The notes beneath the pieces were generated by a model, which was not told the DNA's origin, did not search any database, and worked only from the letters and a program-made list of their open reading frames with translations. This document shows, piece by piece, positions 36,881 to 45,696 of a stretch of DNA of 64,000 nucleotides (positions are counted from its first letter, which is position 1; each line of letters begins with the position of its first letter). Made by a program: the position numbers and the translations under genes. Source of the DNA: an uncultured archaeon (GTDB taxonomy: Archaea; Hadarchaeota; Hadarchaeia; Hadarchaeales; WYZ-LMO6); contig CALJER010000015.1 of the NCBI GenBank assembly GCA_938074535.1, positions 1,544-65,543 of the forward strand, read 5' to 3'.

Positions 36881-38902
36881 GAGCCCCTCGTACCTTTCCC
36901 GGAATCTCTCCCAGTACTCCCTCGCCGTCCCCTTCTTGTCCTCTTGGAACCTCGCCCACCACTTCCTCCCGCTCTCGCTCTTCTCCGAGAATTCCCTGGC
37001 CATGCCGGCCAAGACGTCCACCACCCTCTCACCCTCGAAGAAGACGGGGCCTACCCCCGCCCTCCTGTTGTACTCGGCGATCCTCCGGAGGATCTTCCTG
37101 CAGTGGGCATCGTAGTCCACCTTCACCCCCCAGGCCTCCTCCAGCAGGCTTGGGAGGATGCGCTCGCTCCATCCCCTGTGGAACCTGCAGAGGCCGTTGT
37201 TCTCCGAGTACATCTCCTTCACCGCCCTCTGGTAGCAGAGCTCCGCGAATTCCTCTGGTTCCCTGAACTCGGAGTGGTAGAAGGTGAAGTACTTGCCTTG
37301 GATGGGCACGGGCATGAAGTTCCCCGGGCTCCAGTACATGGCGGGGGTGATGGAGCCACCCTGCCCGAAGGCCACGTATACCGCCAGGTCCTCGAACCTC
37401 TTCCCCAGCCCCCTCACCCTCTCCCCGAACCTGCGGGTGAACTCCCTGGCGGCCCTTCTCACACCCTCCCCCACCCAGCGTGAGAGTTCGTTCTCGCCGT
37501 AGGCCACAGCCCTCGCCAGCCTTTCCAGGAGCGCCGCGTTCCTCTCGGAGTCGGCGGGGTCGAAGGAGAGGGGGTCGAAGGAGGGCTTCCCCTCAAGCCC
37601 CAGCTCTTCCGGCAGCAGGAGCCCGAGGTGGAGGCACCCGAAGATCCAGCCGCAGGTGTTTCCAAACTCGATGGCATCGAAGCCCAGAGAGTCCACGGCA
37701 TACACGGCCCTCTCGGCCGCCCTCTGGTCAAAAATCCCGCAGTTGGGACCGTTGGCTTCGTAGGGCTCGTAGTCCTTTTTGTACTTGTCCCTCACCTTCT
37801 TGCACACTCCCGGACAGGGCTCCCCGCAGTTCTTCCAGACCTTCGCCTTCACCCACGGCCTGGAGGTGGGGGAAGAGAGCTCCAGGGAGGGGCGCAGGTG
37901 CCTCCTGGAGGTGATTTCCTCGTCGAACTGCTTCAGGTACCTGGAGCGGATCAGCCTCTCGTAGAGCTCAAGCCTCTTTTCCTTGGGGAGGGCCACCGTT
38001 CCCCAGCCGAACATGATCGCCATCTCCCTCAGCACGAAGTAGTTCACCCCGAAGGTGCCCCCGGAGCCCACCGAATCGTCGTACCTGTACTTGACGGTGG
38101 CCTCTGAGGCCGCCTTCATCACTCCCCTCCCCACCAGCTTCCTGAAGGTCTCGTCCGCTTCCTCGGGGTCTGCCAAGTTGGTTCCAGAGAACTTCCTCCA
38201 TTCGTTCCTCCCTCCCACGACCAGGGCCACCACCCCGTGGGCCCTCGCCATCACCGAACCCGGGCCCCCTCTGGCTGCCCAGTCTTCCGATCCCAGCTCT
38301 CCCCTGTCTCCCTTCACCGCGGAGGAGAAGATCCCGCCCAGATTGGTGTGGAGGGAGGCGGGACCCACACAGAGCACCCGGTACTCCATAGGGCCCCCCC
38401 TCCGCCTGTACCACCCCCCGAACTCTTCCAGTATGAAGTCCTGGAGGGCGTAAACCCCCTCCTCCCCCCCGTGTCCGCGGTAAATTTCCAAAAGCTCCTG
38501 CGGGGGAATTTCCCTAAATCTGGATTCCAGTCCTGAAGGAGTGCCTCTGAGGGCCACCGCCAGGGGGGTGCTTGCCTTTCCCTCCAGCGTCAGGTAGTCC
38601 ACTCCGAGATGGCGGAAGGCGTAAGCCGCTCCCCCTATGGTGGAAAAGAAGAAACCCTCCCAGAGGGGTGAGCGGAAGCAGAGGGTGAGGCGGTGGGTGC
38701 CCGGTATGCAGCTGCCCGCCAGCTTACCCATTCCCAGACATAGCACGTTGTGTTCGTCGTAGGGGGAATGGAGATAGCTCCGGTAGAGGTCCAGATGACA
38801 GCGTACCCCCCAGTCCACCGGTCCCAGGATTTCCGGGTCACTCACCTCCGACACGCGCAGTTCTTCTTTCCCCGCGTTCAGGAAGGCCACGCGATTCTCC
38901 AC
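36863..38902 (-). CDS. Aldehyde:ferredoxin oxidoreductase (AOR) family, divergent long member (tungstopterin/4Fe-4S enzyme family).
   Basis: 679 aa. N-terminal AOR_N-like region (NVLCLGMGKLAGSCIPG...GVDYLTLEGKA), central cysteines (CGEPCPGVC). Confidence 0.75.
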   Translation of the reverse strand: MENRVAFLNAGKEELRVSEVSDPEILGPVDWGVRCHLDLYRSYLHSPYDEHNVLCLGMGKLAGSCIPGTHRLTLCFRSPLWEGFFFSTIGGAAYAFRHLGVDYLTLEGKASTPLAVALRGTPSGLESRFREIPPQELLEIYRGHGGEEGVYALQDFILEEFGGWYRRRGGPMEYRVLCVGPASLHTNLGGIFSSAVKGDRGELGSEDWAARGGPGSVMARAHGVVALVVGGRNEWRKFSGTNLADPEEADETFRKLVGRGVMKAASEATVKYRYDDSVGSGGTFGVNYFVLREMAIMFGWGTVALPKEKRLELYERLIRSRYLKQFDEEITSRRHLRPSLELSSPTSRPWVKAKVWKNCGEPCPGVCKKVRDKYKKDYEPYEANGPNCGIFDQRAAERAVYAVDSLGFDAIEFGNTCGWIFGCLHLGLLLPEELGLEGKPSFDPLSFDPADSERNAALLERLARAVAYGENELSRWVGEGVRRAAREFTRRFGERVRGLGKRFEDLAVYVAFGQGGSITPAMYWSPGNFMPVPIQGKYFTFYHSEFREPEEFAELCYQRAVKEMYSENNGLCRFHRGWSERILPSLLEEAWGVKVDYDAHCRKILRRIAEYNRRAGVGPVFFEGERVVDVLAGMAREFSEKSESGRKWWARFQEDKKGTAREYWERFRERYEGLLANPS

Positions 38903-39181
38903 TCAACCACCAGCGGCGGGAGGAAGGATCATCAGCAGGTCTCCCTCCTTCACCCCCGTTTTCCCCCCTTCCAGCAGTTTAACGTTCCTGCCGTTCAGGA
39001 GGAGGACGAAGGAGGGGAGGAGCCTTCCGTCCTTCCCCAGGCTTCCCAGCTCCTCCAGCTCCTTCCGGAACCTCCTTTCGAACTCCCTCACCACCTCCTC
39101 CACGGTCCTTCCCTCCACCTCCACCTCTCCTGCTATTCTCTCCGTGAGGATGAGACCGGGTTTGACCCTCACCTTTGGCAT
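38903..39181 (-). CDS. MoaD/ThiS-like beta-grasp small protein ending in Gly-Gly (SAMP-type ubiquitin-like sulfur carrier).
   Basis: 92 aa ending ...LMILPPAAGG. Immediately upstream of, and co-directional with, the AOR-family gene. Confidence 0.6.
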   Translation of the reverse strand: MPKVRVKPGLILTERIAGEVEVEGRTVEEVVREFERRFRKELEELGSLGKDGRLLPSFVLLLNGRNVKLLEGGKTGVKEGDLLMILPPAAGG

Positions 39182-39271
39182 CTACCGGTTTGGGGGGGGT
39201 GGGGATTTAGCGGTTTTCCCGGGGACCCCGCGCCCCCGCCGGGTCCTCTGCAAGCATCCCCAGTCCGAGCC

Positions 39272-39287
39272 CCTTCAAATTTAAATC
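39272..39287 (+). promoter_or_regulatory. TATA-like element (caaatttaaatcggg) upstream of phaE.
   Basis: A/T-rich box about 25-35 nt upstream of ATG 39309. Confidence 0.4.
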
Positions 39288-39308
39288 GGGAAACTCCGAA
39301 AGTAAGAG

Positions 39309-40217
39309 ATGTCCCTGTCAAGGGAGGAGCTGATCGAGCTCTTCAGAGAGGCACCGAAGGAGTCCTTCGAGCTCCTGCTGAGGAACCTGAGGATAAGGGA
39401 GCACCTCCGGATCCTCCACGCCAAGCACGTTGCGGGGCTGAAGCTCTCCTACGATGAGAACTTCGACAGGATCTTCGAGGAGTTCTTCCGTTTCTTCTTC
39501 CGTCCGCTCGAGAGTGCCATCCACGGGACCAGGCAGCTGAGGTTCCTTTTTTTCATGTTTGATTTCGGCCTCATGGAGTCGCAGAGCGAGACCTTCCGCG
39601 CCTACTCCGACTTCCTGAGGAGCTGGCTGGAGCACCTGAGGCTGACGTCGGAGCTGATGATGGGAAGGGTTCTTCCCGTTTCTATGGCGGATGTCTTCAG
39701 GGAGTTCATCCGGACGTACAGGAGCAAAGTGGAGAGCCCGGCGATGGATTTTGAGTATCCCGTGGAATATCCCTTTTTGCTCCCCAAGAGCGTTCTGACG
39801 GACCTGGAGAGGTCGGTCGAGCACTGGGAGAAGTTCTCGGAAGCCTTCAGGGAGTACAGGAAGATCATAAAGGAAACATACGTGAGGGCCGCGGAGGGGT
39901 TCATAGAGGAGGTCAACAGGAGGAGGTTCGAGGGTTACCAGGAGTTCGCCGGGGTTTTCTCCGAGTTTGAGGCCAGGGCCTTCGACGAGCTGCTGAAGTC
40001 GGAGGGCTATCTGGGAGTCCAGAGGTCCATGCTGGACAACCTAATGGACTACATCTATTTCTACCGCAGGTTCTCCGAGGGGATGCTGGAGTCGAACCCG
40101 ATGAATCCCTTCGCCACGGTTTCGATGCTCGACGAGGCCTTCAAGAGGATACTGGAGCTCAAGAGGAGGGTTTCAGAGCTTGAGAAGAAGGTCTCGCGGC
40201 TGGAGGGGAGCAGGTGA
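39309..40217 (+). CDS. phaE: Putative PHA synthase subunit PhaE (class III), coiled-coil C-terminus.
   Basis: 302 aa helical protein with C-terminal KRRVSELEKKVSRLEG coiled coil. Stop overlaps phaC start (4 nt). Assignment rests mainly on position and partnership with phaC. Confidence 0.5.
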   Translation: MSLSREELIELFREAPKESFELLLRNLRIREHLRILHAKHVAGLKLSYDENFDRIFEEFFRFFFRPLESAIHGTRQLRFLFFMFDFGLMESQSETFRAYSDFLRSWLEHLRLTSELMMGRVLPVSMADVFREFIRTYRSKVESPAMDFEYPVEYPFLLPKSVLTDLERSVEHWEKFSEAFREYRKIIKETYVRAAEGFIEEVNRRRFEGYQEFAGVFSEFEARAFDELLKSEGYLGVQRSMLDNLMDYIYFYRRFSEGMLESNPMNPFATVSMLDEAFKRILELKRRVSELEKKVSRLEGSR

Positions 40218-41191
40218 TAGTGGAGAAGATCAGGGGGATAAAACCTGGCCCCTGTGAGTACGAGACAGTTTACGAGGATGCCCCCTTCAGATTGCACAGG
40301 TTCAGGGGTGAGGTGGGGCACAAAACACCGGTGCTGGTGAACTACGCCTTCATCAACCGCCCGTACGTGCTGGACCTGCACCGCGACGTGAGCGTGATAA
40401 GGCTTCTGCTCGAGGCCCGGCTGGGGGTCTGGATGATAGACTGGGGTTACCCCTCCCTGGCGGACAGGCACTTGAGGATAGAGGACTACGTGAACTTCAT
40501 AGACACCTGTGTGGGGAAGGTTGGCGAGCACACGGGCGCCGATAAAGTCACGCTGTGGGGTTACTGCCTGGGGAGCACCCTCTCCGTCATTTACGCCTCC
40601 CTCCATCCCGAGAAGGTCAGGAACCTCGTCGTCCAGACCCCCCCCATCAACTTCAGCACCCAGAATACCTTGGCCCTCTGGGCGAGGAGCATAGACCCCG
40701 AGAAGGTTTCCAGAGCGCTTTTCAACGCCACGGGAGATTTTTTGAACCTGGCCTTCCTGCTGGTGGATCCGGTCAGGCTGGTCATCGGCAAATACCAGTC
40801 GCTGCTGGACAGCCTGGAGGATGAAAAGAGCGTCAAGGATTTCTTCTACATGGACCACTGGATTTTCGATTCTCCTGCCGTGGCCGGGAAGGTCTACGAG
40901 GAGTACATCACCCGGTGGTACCAGAGGAACGAGGTGATGGAGGGAAGGTTCACGGTGGGCGGGAGGAAAGTCGACCTGGGGAGGGTGAGGATGCCCCTCC
41001 TGGTCCTGGCCGCTGCCAGGGACCACATAACACCCCCCGAGAGCGTCCTCCCCTTCTTCGAGGCCGTTCCTTCACAGGATAAGAAGATGCTGCTTTCGGA
41101 CAAGGGGCACATAGGGCTGACGGTGAGCCGCTCCTCCCACGCGAAGATATGGCCGGAGGCGATCAGGTGGGTGGTGGAGAGGTCGGACTGA
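40214..41191 (+). CDS. phaC: Poly(3-hydroxyalkanoate) synthase catalytic subunit PhaC, class III.
   Basis: Alpha/beta-hydrolase with lipase-box GYCLGS (G-x-C-x-G), a catalytic Asp in LLVLAAARDHITPPES and a His in KGHIGLTVS, spaced as in class III PhaC. Size 325 aa. Confidence 0.85.
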   Translation: MIVEKIRGIKPGPCEYETVYEDAPFRLHRFRGEVGHKTPVLVNYAFINRPYVLDLHRDVSVIRLLLEARLGVWMIDWGYPSLADRHLRIEDYVNFIDTCVGKVGEHTGADKVTLWGYCLGSTLSVIYASLHPEKVRNLVVQTPPINFSTQNTLALWARSIDPEKVSRALFNATGDFLNLAFLLVDPVRLVIGKYQSLLDSLEDEKSVKDFFYMDHWIFDSPAVAGKVYEEYITRWYQRNEVMEGRFTVGGRKVDLGRVRMPLLVLAAARDHITPPESVLPFFEAVPSQDKKMLLSDKGHIGLTVSRSSHAKIWPEAIRWVVERSD

Positions 41192-41634
41192 AGGAGGTCT
41201 CCAGCTTCTACTCGGAAGCCGGAGGGGAGCTGAAGGAGTTCAAGAAGCTCGACGGCGAGCTGACGCCAGGCTCCAGGATAACCTACGAGAAGAGGCTGAC
41301 CGAGGTCGATGTGGCCTTCTTCGGCCTGGCTTCCGGCGATTTGAATCCCCTACACTTCGACGAGGAGGCGGCCTCCAGGACGAGGTTCGGAGGGAGGGTC
41401 GTCCACGGGATGCTGACGGCCAGTCTTGTTTCGGCGGCCGTGGCCAGAATCCCCGGCACCGTGGTCCTGCTGGAGGAAGGCTTCAAGTACCTTGCTCCCG
41501 TGAGGGTGGGGGATACGGTGAGGGTGGAGGGCGTGATCAGCGAGAAGGAAAAAAACAGGTACAGGATTGAGGTGAAGTGTTCGGTTGGTGGGAAGGTCGT
41601 GGCTGAAGGTTATGTAAGAGTACTGGTGTGGTGA
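41149..41634 (+). CDS. phaJ: MaoC-like (R)-specific enoyl-CoA hydratase (PhaJ-type hot-dog fold).
   Basis: FFGLASGDLNPLHFDEEAA...RVVHGMLTASL hydratase motif. Start uncertain (ATG 41149 or GTG 41167) and overlaps the phaC end. Confidence 0.75.
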   Translation: MAGGDQVGGGEVGLKEVSSFYSEAGGELKEFKKLDGELTPGSRITYEKRLTEVDVAFFGLASGDLNPLHFDEEAASRTRFGGRVVHGMLTASLVSAAVARIPGTVVLLEEGFKYLAPVRVGDTVRVEGVISEKEKNRYRIEVKCSVGGKVVAEGYVRVLVW

Positions 41635-41679
41635 GGCTCCGGTTATCCGGGGAGGATAAGCCGCCGTGCGGCGCCGGGC

Positions 41680-41991
41680 TCACTGTTTCTTGGGAACCGT
41701 TTTCTCAGTCATTTCCGCGAACTTGCTGAAGACCTCGTCCTGCTGCTTCTCAAAGCTCTCCACCAGCTTTCTGAAGTTCTCGAAAACCCTTTCCTGCGAC
41801 TCCAGGTAGAGGCTCATGCTCTTCTTCATGCCTTCGTAGGCTTCCGAGGGAAGTAGGCTCCGCATGTAGAGCTCATACATGTTTACGTAGCTGTCCATCG
41901 CCACCTTTATCATGTCCAGCGTGGTCTTTGCCACGGCAAAGCCCATTTTGTAGAACCCCCTTACCATTTCCAGGTAGTCCTTAAGCTCCAT
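41680..41991 (-). CDS. Phasin-like small helical protein (putative PHA granule-associated protein).
   Basis: About 103 aa all-helical, amphipathic (MELKDYLEMVRGFYKMGFAVAKTT...). tttatataa TATA box at about 42021-42030 sits about 30 nt upstream of ATG 41991, which argues against the listed 42042 start. Confidence 0.4.
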   Translation of the reverse strand: MELKDYLEMVRGFYKMGFAVAKTTLDMIKVAMDSYVNMYELYMRSLLPSEAYEGMKKSMSLYLESQERVFENFRKLVESFEKQQDEVFSKFAEMTEKTVPKKQ

Positions 41992-42053
41992 TCCAACCAC
42001 CTCTTTCCCTTCCAGAGGGGGGTTATATAAATTTTTGCTCAAACACGGGTTTC

Positions 42054-42260
42054 CTACCCACCGATGGCCACCGGGAGGATTCTTATCCTCTCGCCCTCCC
42101 TGAGCTCCTCTCCCTCCCCCAGCATTTTTCTTTCCCTGATCACCACCACCCCCCTTTCTTTCAGTCCCAGCGCCGAGAGGAGGTCCAGCACGGTGGAGCC
42201 CTCCGGCAGCTCCACCTCCCTTTCCTCCAGTTCCTCCAGCACCCTCACCCTCACCTTCAT
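42054..42260 (-). CDS. ThiS/MoaD-like small protein ending Gly-Gly.
   Basis: 68 aa MKVRVRVLEE...ILPVAIGG. Confidence 0.55.
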   Translation of the reverse strand: MKVRVRVLEELEEREVELPEGSTVLDLLSALGLKERGVVVIRERKMLGEGEELREGERIRILPVAIGG

Positions 42261-42270
42261 CCCCTTCCCC

Positions 42271-42552
42271 TCATCCCCCTCCCACGGGGGGGAAGAGGTA
42301 GACCACATCCCCCTCCCGGAGGGTGGTGTCCAGCCCCTTGAGCCAGCGTATCTCCCTTCCGTTGACCAGCACCTTCACGGTTTTCCTTAGGCTCACCCCC
42401 TCCGAGGATTCTTCCAGCAGGGCCTCCCCCAGCCCCCTTCTTTTCTCCGTGAGGCTTCTGAGGAGGGAGCGCACGTCCCCCGCCTCCACCTCCATTTCCT
42501 CGGTTCCAGCCAGTTCCCTGAACCTGGCGAAGAACTTGACCCTGACCATCAT
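42271..42552 (-). CDS. MoaD-like beta-grasp protein ending Gly-Gly-Gly.
   Basis: 93 aa MMVRVKFFARFRELAG...VVYLFPPVGGG, typical MoaD N-terminus and C-terminal diglycine. Confidence 0.6.
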   Translation of the reverse strand: MMVRVKFFARFRELAGTEEMEVEAGDVRSLLRSLTEKRRGLGEALLEESSEGVSLRKTVKVLVNGREIRWLKGLDTTLREGDVVYLFPPVGGG

Positions 42553-42571
42553 GGAGGGGGGTAGAGACGAA

Positions 42572-42586
42572 TAAAAAATTTTGGGC
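42572..42586 (-). promoter_or_regulatory. A/T box (aataaaaaatttt) about 25 nt upstream of the minus-strand MoaD-like gene; a divergent partner TATA (ctttaaga, about 42628-42636) serves the S4e operon.
   Basis: Only A/T-rich stretch in the 108-bp divergent intergenic region. Confidence 0.35.
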
Positions 42587-42659
42587 TAAACCGGGGTGGG
42601 ACGCGGGGGACGGGGGGTTAGCACCTTTAAGAGAGGGAAGAGGAAATATAGAGGTCGAA

Positions 42660-43352
42660 ATGGTGAAGAAAGGTCCGGGCAGGCATCTCAGGCGGTACGC
42701 GGTGCCTAGGGCGGTGAAGCTGCCGAGGAAGTCCCTGCCCTGGGCGGTGAAGCCCTCTCCAGGCCCCCATCCTTCCGACAGGGCCCTTCCCCTTTCCCTC
42801 CTCCTCCGGGACACGTTGGGCCTCACCTCCACCCTCCTGGAAACCAAGAAGGTGCTGGCGGGCAGGAAGGTGCTGGTGGACGGGAGGGTGAGGACGGATC
42901 ACGGCTTTCCCGTGGGTTTGATGGACCTCGTGTCCCTTCCCTCCCTCGGTGCTTCCTTCCTGATCTCAGTGGACAGGAACGGGAGGCTGGTGCCCCTCCC
43001 CGCCAAGGAGACCTCCTCCAAACTCTGCAGGGTGACGGGCAAGCGGACGATCAGGGGGGGTAAGATCCAGCTCTCCCTCCACGACGGCAAGACGGTGGTG
43101 GGGGACTACGGGGAGGTCAGGGTGGGGGATACCCTGAAGCTCTCCCTCCCCGAGTACCGGGTTTTGGAGAGGATACCCCTTCAGCCCGGGGTCTGGGCGC
43201 TGGTGACGGGCGGGAAGAACGTGGGCAGGAGCGGGAGGGTCGCCAGAGTGGAGGGGAGGATGGTGGAACTCGAGGAGAACGGGGAGAAGTTCCAGACCAC
43301 TTCCGAGTACGTCTTTCCCGTGGGGGAGAAGCCGCTGGAGGTGGGAGCCTGA
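42660..43352 (+). CDS. rps4e: 30S ribosomal protein S4e.
   Basis: 230 aa; MVKKGPGRHLRRYAVP N-terminus. Confidence 0.9.
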   Translation: MVKKGPGRHLRRYAVPRAVKLPRKSLPWAVKPSPGPHPSDRALPLSLLLRDTLGLTSTLLETKKVLAGRKVLVDGRVRTDHGFPVGLMDLVSLPSLGASFLISVDRNGRLVPLPAKETSSKLCRVTGKRTIRGGKIQLSLHDGKTVVGDYGEVRVGDTLKLSLPEYRVLERIPLQPGVWALVTGGKNVGRSGRVARVEGRMVELEENGEKFQTTSEYVFPVGEKPLEVGA

Positions 43353-43357
43353 ATCCC

Positions 43358-43858
43358 ATGAGGGAGGTGAGGGTGGAAAAAGTTACCCTGAACATAGGGG
43401 TGGGGGAGGGGGGTGAGAAACTCTCAAAGGCCGAGGCCCTGCTGGAGAGGCTCTCGGGGCAAAAACCCTTCCGCACCCTGGCCAGGAAGACCGTGAGGGA
43501 GTTCGGGATGAGGAAAGGGGAGCCTGTGGGTGTGAAAGTCACCCTCAGGGGGGAGAGGGCTGAAGAGATGCTGGCGAAGCTGCTTCAGGCGGTGGACAAC
43601 AAGCTCCCCTCCAGATGCTTTAACGGGAGCGGTAACTTCTCCTTCGGCATAAAGGAGTACATAGACATCCCGGGCGTGCGCTACGATCCGGAGCTGGGGA
43701 TGTTCGGGATGGATGTCTGCGTCAGCTTGGAGAGGCCGGGCTACAGGGTGAAGAGGAGGAGGCACCGGCCTGGAAAGATACCGGCGTCTCATGCCCTGAC
43801 TAGAGAGGAAGCCATAAACTTCGTGACCCAGAAGTTGGGGGTAACGGTGGTGGAGTGA
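43358..43858 (+). CDS. rpl5: 50S ribosomal protein L5 (uL5).
   Basis: 166 aa; [13 protein letters not shown]..., [15 protein letters not shown]. Confidence 0.9.
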   Translation: MREVRVEKVTLNIGVGEGGEKLSKAEALLERLSGQKPFRTLARKTVREFGMRKGEPVGVKVTLRGERAEEMLAKLLQAVDNKLPSRCFNGSGNFSFGIKEYIDIPGVRYDPELGMFGMDVCVSLERPGYRVKRRRHRPGKIPASHALTREEAINFVTQKLGVTVVE

Positions 43859-43998
43859 AGAGAGTCTTCGGAAAGGGGGCCCACAAGTGCAGGAGGTGCG
43901 GAAGGTCGGGCCCAGTGTATACCAGGTACGGGCTCTACCTTTGCAGGAGGTGCTTCAGGGAGCTCGCCCCCAGACTGGGCTTCAGGAAGTACCAGTAG
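43855..43998 (+). CDS. rps14: 30S ribosomal protein S14 type Z (zinc-binding), not in ORF track.
   Basis: GTG start overlapping the L5 stop. Translates [47 protein letters not shown] with CxxC...CxxC zinc ribbon. Confidence 0.8.
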   Translation: MKRVFGKGAHKCRRCGRSGPVYTRYGLYLCRRCFRELAPRLGFRKYQ

Positions 43999-44006
43999 GT
44001 GGAAGG

Positions 44007-44384
44007 ATGCTGCTCGACCCTCTGGCCAACGCCCTCTCCAAGATCTACAACTACGAGAAGGCCGGGAAGAGGGAGGTGGTGGTCCATCCCTCCTCCCGGC
44101 TCATCGAGAGGGTTCTGGAGGTCTTCAGGGAGGAAGGCTACATAGAGGGGTTTGAGAGGGAAGAGGGGAAGCTCAGGGTGAGGCTCGCGGGAAGGATCAA
44201 CAGGTGCGGCGCCATAAAGCCCAGACACTCCCTGAAGAAAGGAGAGTACGAGAAGTGGGAGAAGAGGTTTCTTCCGGCGAGCGGCCTGGGCACCATCGTC
44301 ATCACTTCCTCCCAGGGCATCATGTCCCTTTCTCAGGCCAGGGAGAAGGGAGTGGGGGGGAAGCTGCTGGCATACGTGTACTAG
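44007..44384 (+). CDS. rps8: 30S ribosomal protein S8 (uS8).
   Basis: MLLDPLANALSKIYNYEKAGKREVVV... Start at the internal Met of listed ORF 43887. Confidence 0.9.
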   Translation: MLLDPLANALSKIYNYEKAGKREVVVHPSSRLIERVLEVFREEGYIEGFEREEGKLRVRLAGRINRCGAIKPRHSLKKGEYEKWEKRFLPASGLGTIVITSSQGIMSLSQAREKGVGGKLLAYVY

Positions 44385-44915
44385 GTGGTGATCGTGATCC
44401 AGGAGGAGATAGGTATCCCGGAAGGTGTGGAGGTGAAGGTGGAGGGCAGCAGGGTGGAGGTCAGCGGGCCCAGGGGCAAGGTCGTGAGGAGCTTCAACCT
44501 GAGGGATCTGGAGCTCAAGGTGGAGGAGGGAAGGATCAAGCTTTCTTCTCCTTCCACCAAGCGGAAGGTCAGGGCCATGGCGGGCACCGTGAAGGCCCAC
44601 CTGCGCAACGCCTTCAAGGGCGTGACGCAGGGCTTCGTGTACAGGCTGAAGATCGTGTACTCCCACTTCCCCATCACGGTGAAGGTGGAGGGGGACAGGG
44701 TCACCATCCACAACCTCCTGGGGGAGAAGGTGCCGAGGGTGGCGAGGATAGTGGGTGGAGCCCAGGTGGAGGTGGCGGGAGATGAGATCGTGGTGAGGGG
44801 TGTGGACAAGGAGGAGGTGGGGCAGACAGCGCTCAACATAGAGCAGGCCACCAGGGTGAGGGGAAGGGACCCCAGGGTCTTCCAGGACGGGTGTTACCTG
44901 TTCGAGAGGGGATGA
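44385..44915 (+). CDS. rpl6: 50S ribosomal protein L6 (uL6).
   Basis: 176 aa two-domain uL6. Confidence 0.9.
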   Translation: MVIVIQEEIGIPEGVEVKVEGSRVEVSGPRGKVVRSFNLRDLELKVEEGRIKLSSPSTKRKVRAMAGTVKAHLRNAFKGVTQGFVYRLKIVYSHFPITVKVEGDRVTIHNLLGEKVPRVARIVGGAQVEVAGDEIVVRGVDKEEVGQTALNIEQATRVRGRDPRVFQDGCYLFERG

Positions 44916-45271
44916 GGGTGCAGAAGAGAAAGCTTCCGAAGTTCAGGAGACAGGAGTGGTTCAGGTACCGCAGGCTGGGAGAGAAGTGGAGGAGACCCAA
45001 GGGGAAAGACAGCAAGATGAGGCTGGGGCTCAAGGGGAGGGCAGCCACGGTCAAGGTGGGTTACCGGAACCCCAAAGAGCTCAGGGGTCTTCATCCCAGC
45101 GGCCTGCGGGAGGTGCTGGTGAGCCGCCCTGAGGACCTGGAGGGTTTGAACCCCTCCACCCACGCCGTGAGGATCTCCTCCGGGGTGGGAAGGAAGAAGA
45201 GGGGACAAATCCTGGCAAGGGCCGGGGAGCTGGGCCTGAGGGTGCTCAACCCGGGGAGGAAGGGCGGATGA
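44912..45271 (+). CDS. rpl32e: 50S ribosomal protein L32e.
   Basis: KLPKFRRQEWFRYRRLGEKWRRPKGKDSK signature. Confidence 0.85.
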   Translation: MRVQKRKLPKFRRQEWFRYRRLGEKWRRPKGKDSKMRLGLKGRAATVKVGYRNPKELRGLHPSGLREVLVSRPEDLEGLNPSTHAVRISSGVGRKKRGQILARAGELGLRVLNPGRKGG

Positions 45272-45696
45272 GGCTGAGCACCCAGCGCAGGCTGGCGGCG
45301 GACCTCCTGGGTGTGGGGGAGCACAGGATCTGGATGGATCCCTCCAGGCTGGAGGAGATTTCCTCGGCCATCACCAGGAGGGACGTGGAGCGTTTGATCA
45401 GGGAGGGTGCGATAAGGGCAAGGCCCTTGAGGGGGATAAGCGGGGGGAGGAGGGGGGAGAGGAAGAGGGGTCCCGGAAGCAGGAAGGGATCTTGGGGCGC
45501 GAGGCTGCCGGAGAAGGAGAGGTGGATGAGGAGGGTGAGGGCCCTCAGGAGGAGGTTGAGGGAGCTGAGGGACAGCGGGAAGCTCTCGAGGGCCGAGTAC
45601 CGCAGGCTCTACCGGAGGGTGAGCGGAGGATACTTCAGGAGCAAGTCCCACCTGGAGGCTTACCTGAAGGAGAAAGAGGGTGGTGAGAGGAGATGA
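45268..45696 (+). CDS. rpl19e: 50S ribosomal protein L19e.
   Basis: MRLSTQRRLAADLLGVGEHRIWMDP N-terminus. Confidence 0.9.
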   Translation: MRLSTQRRLAADLLGVGEHRIWMDPSRLEEISSAITRRDVERLIREGAIRARPLRGISGGRRGERKRGPGSRKGSWGARLPEKERWMRRVRALRRRLRELRDSGKLSRAEYRRLYRRVSGGYFRSKSHLEAYLKEKEGGERR

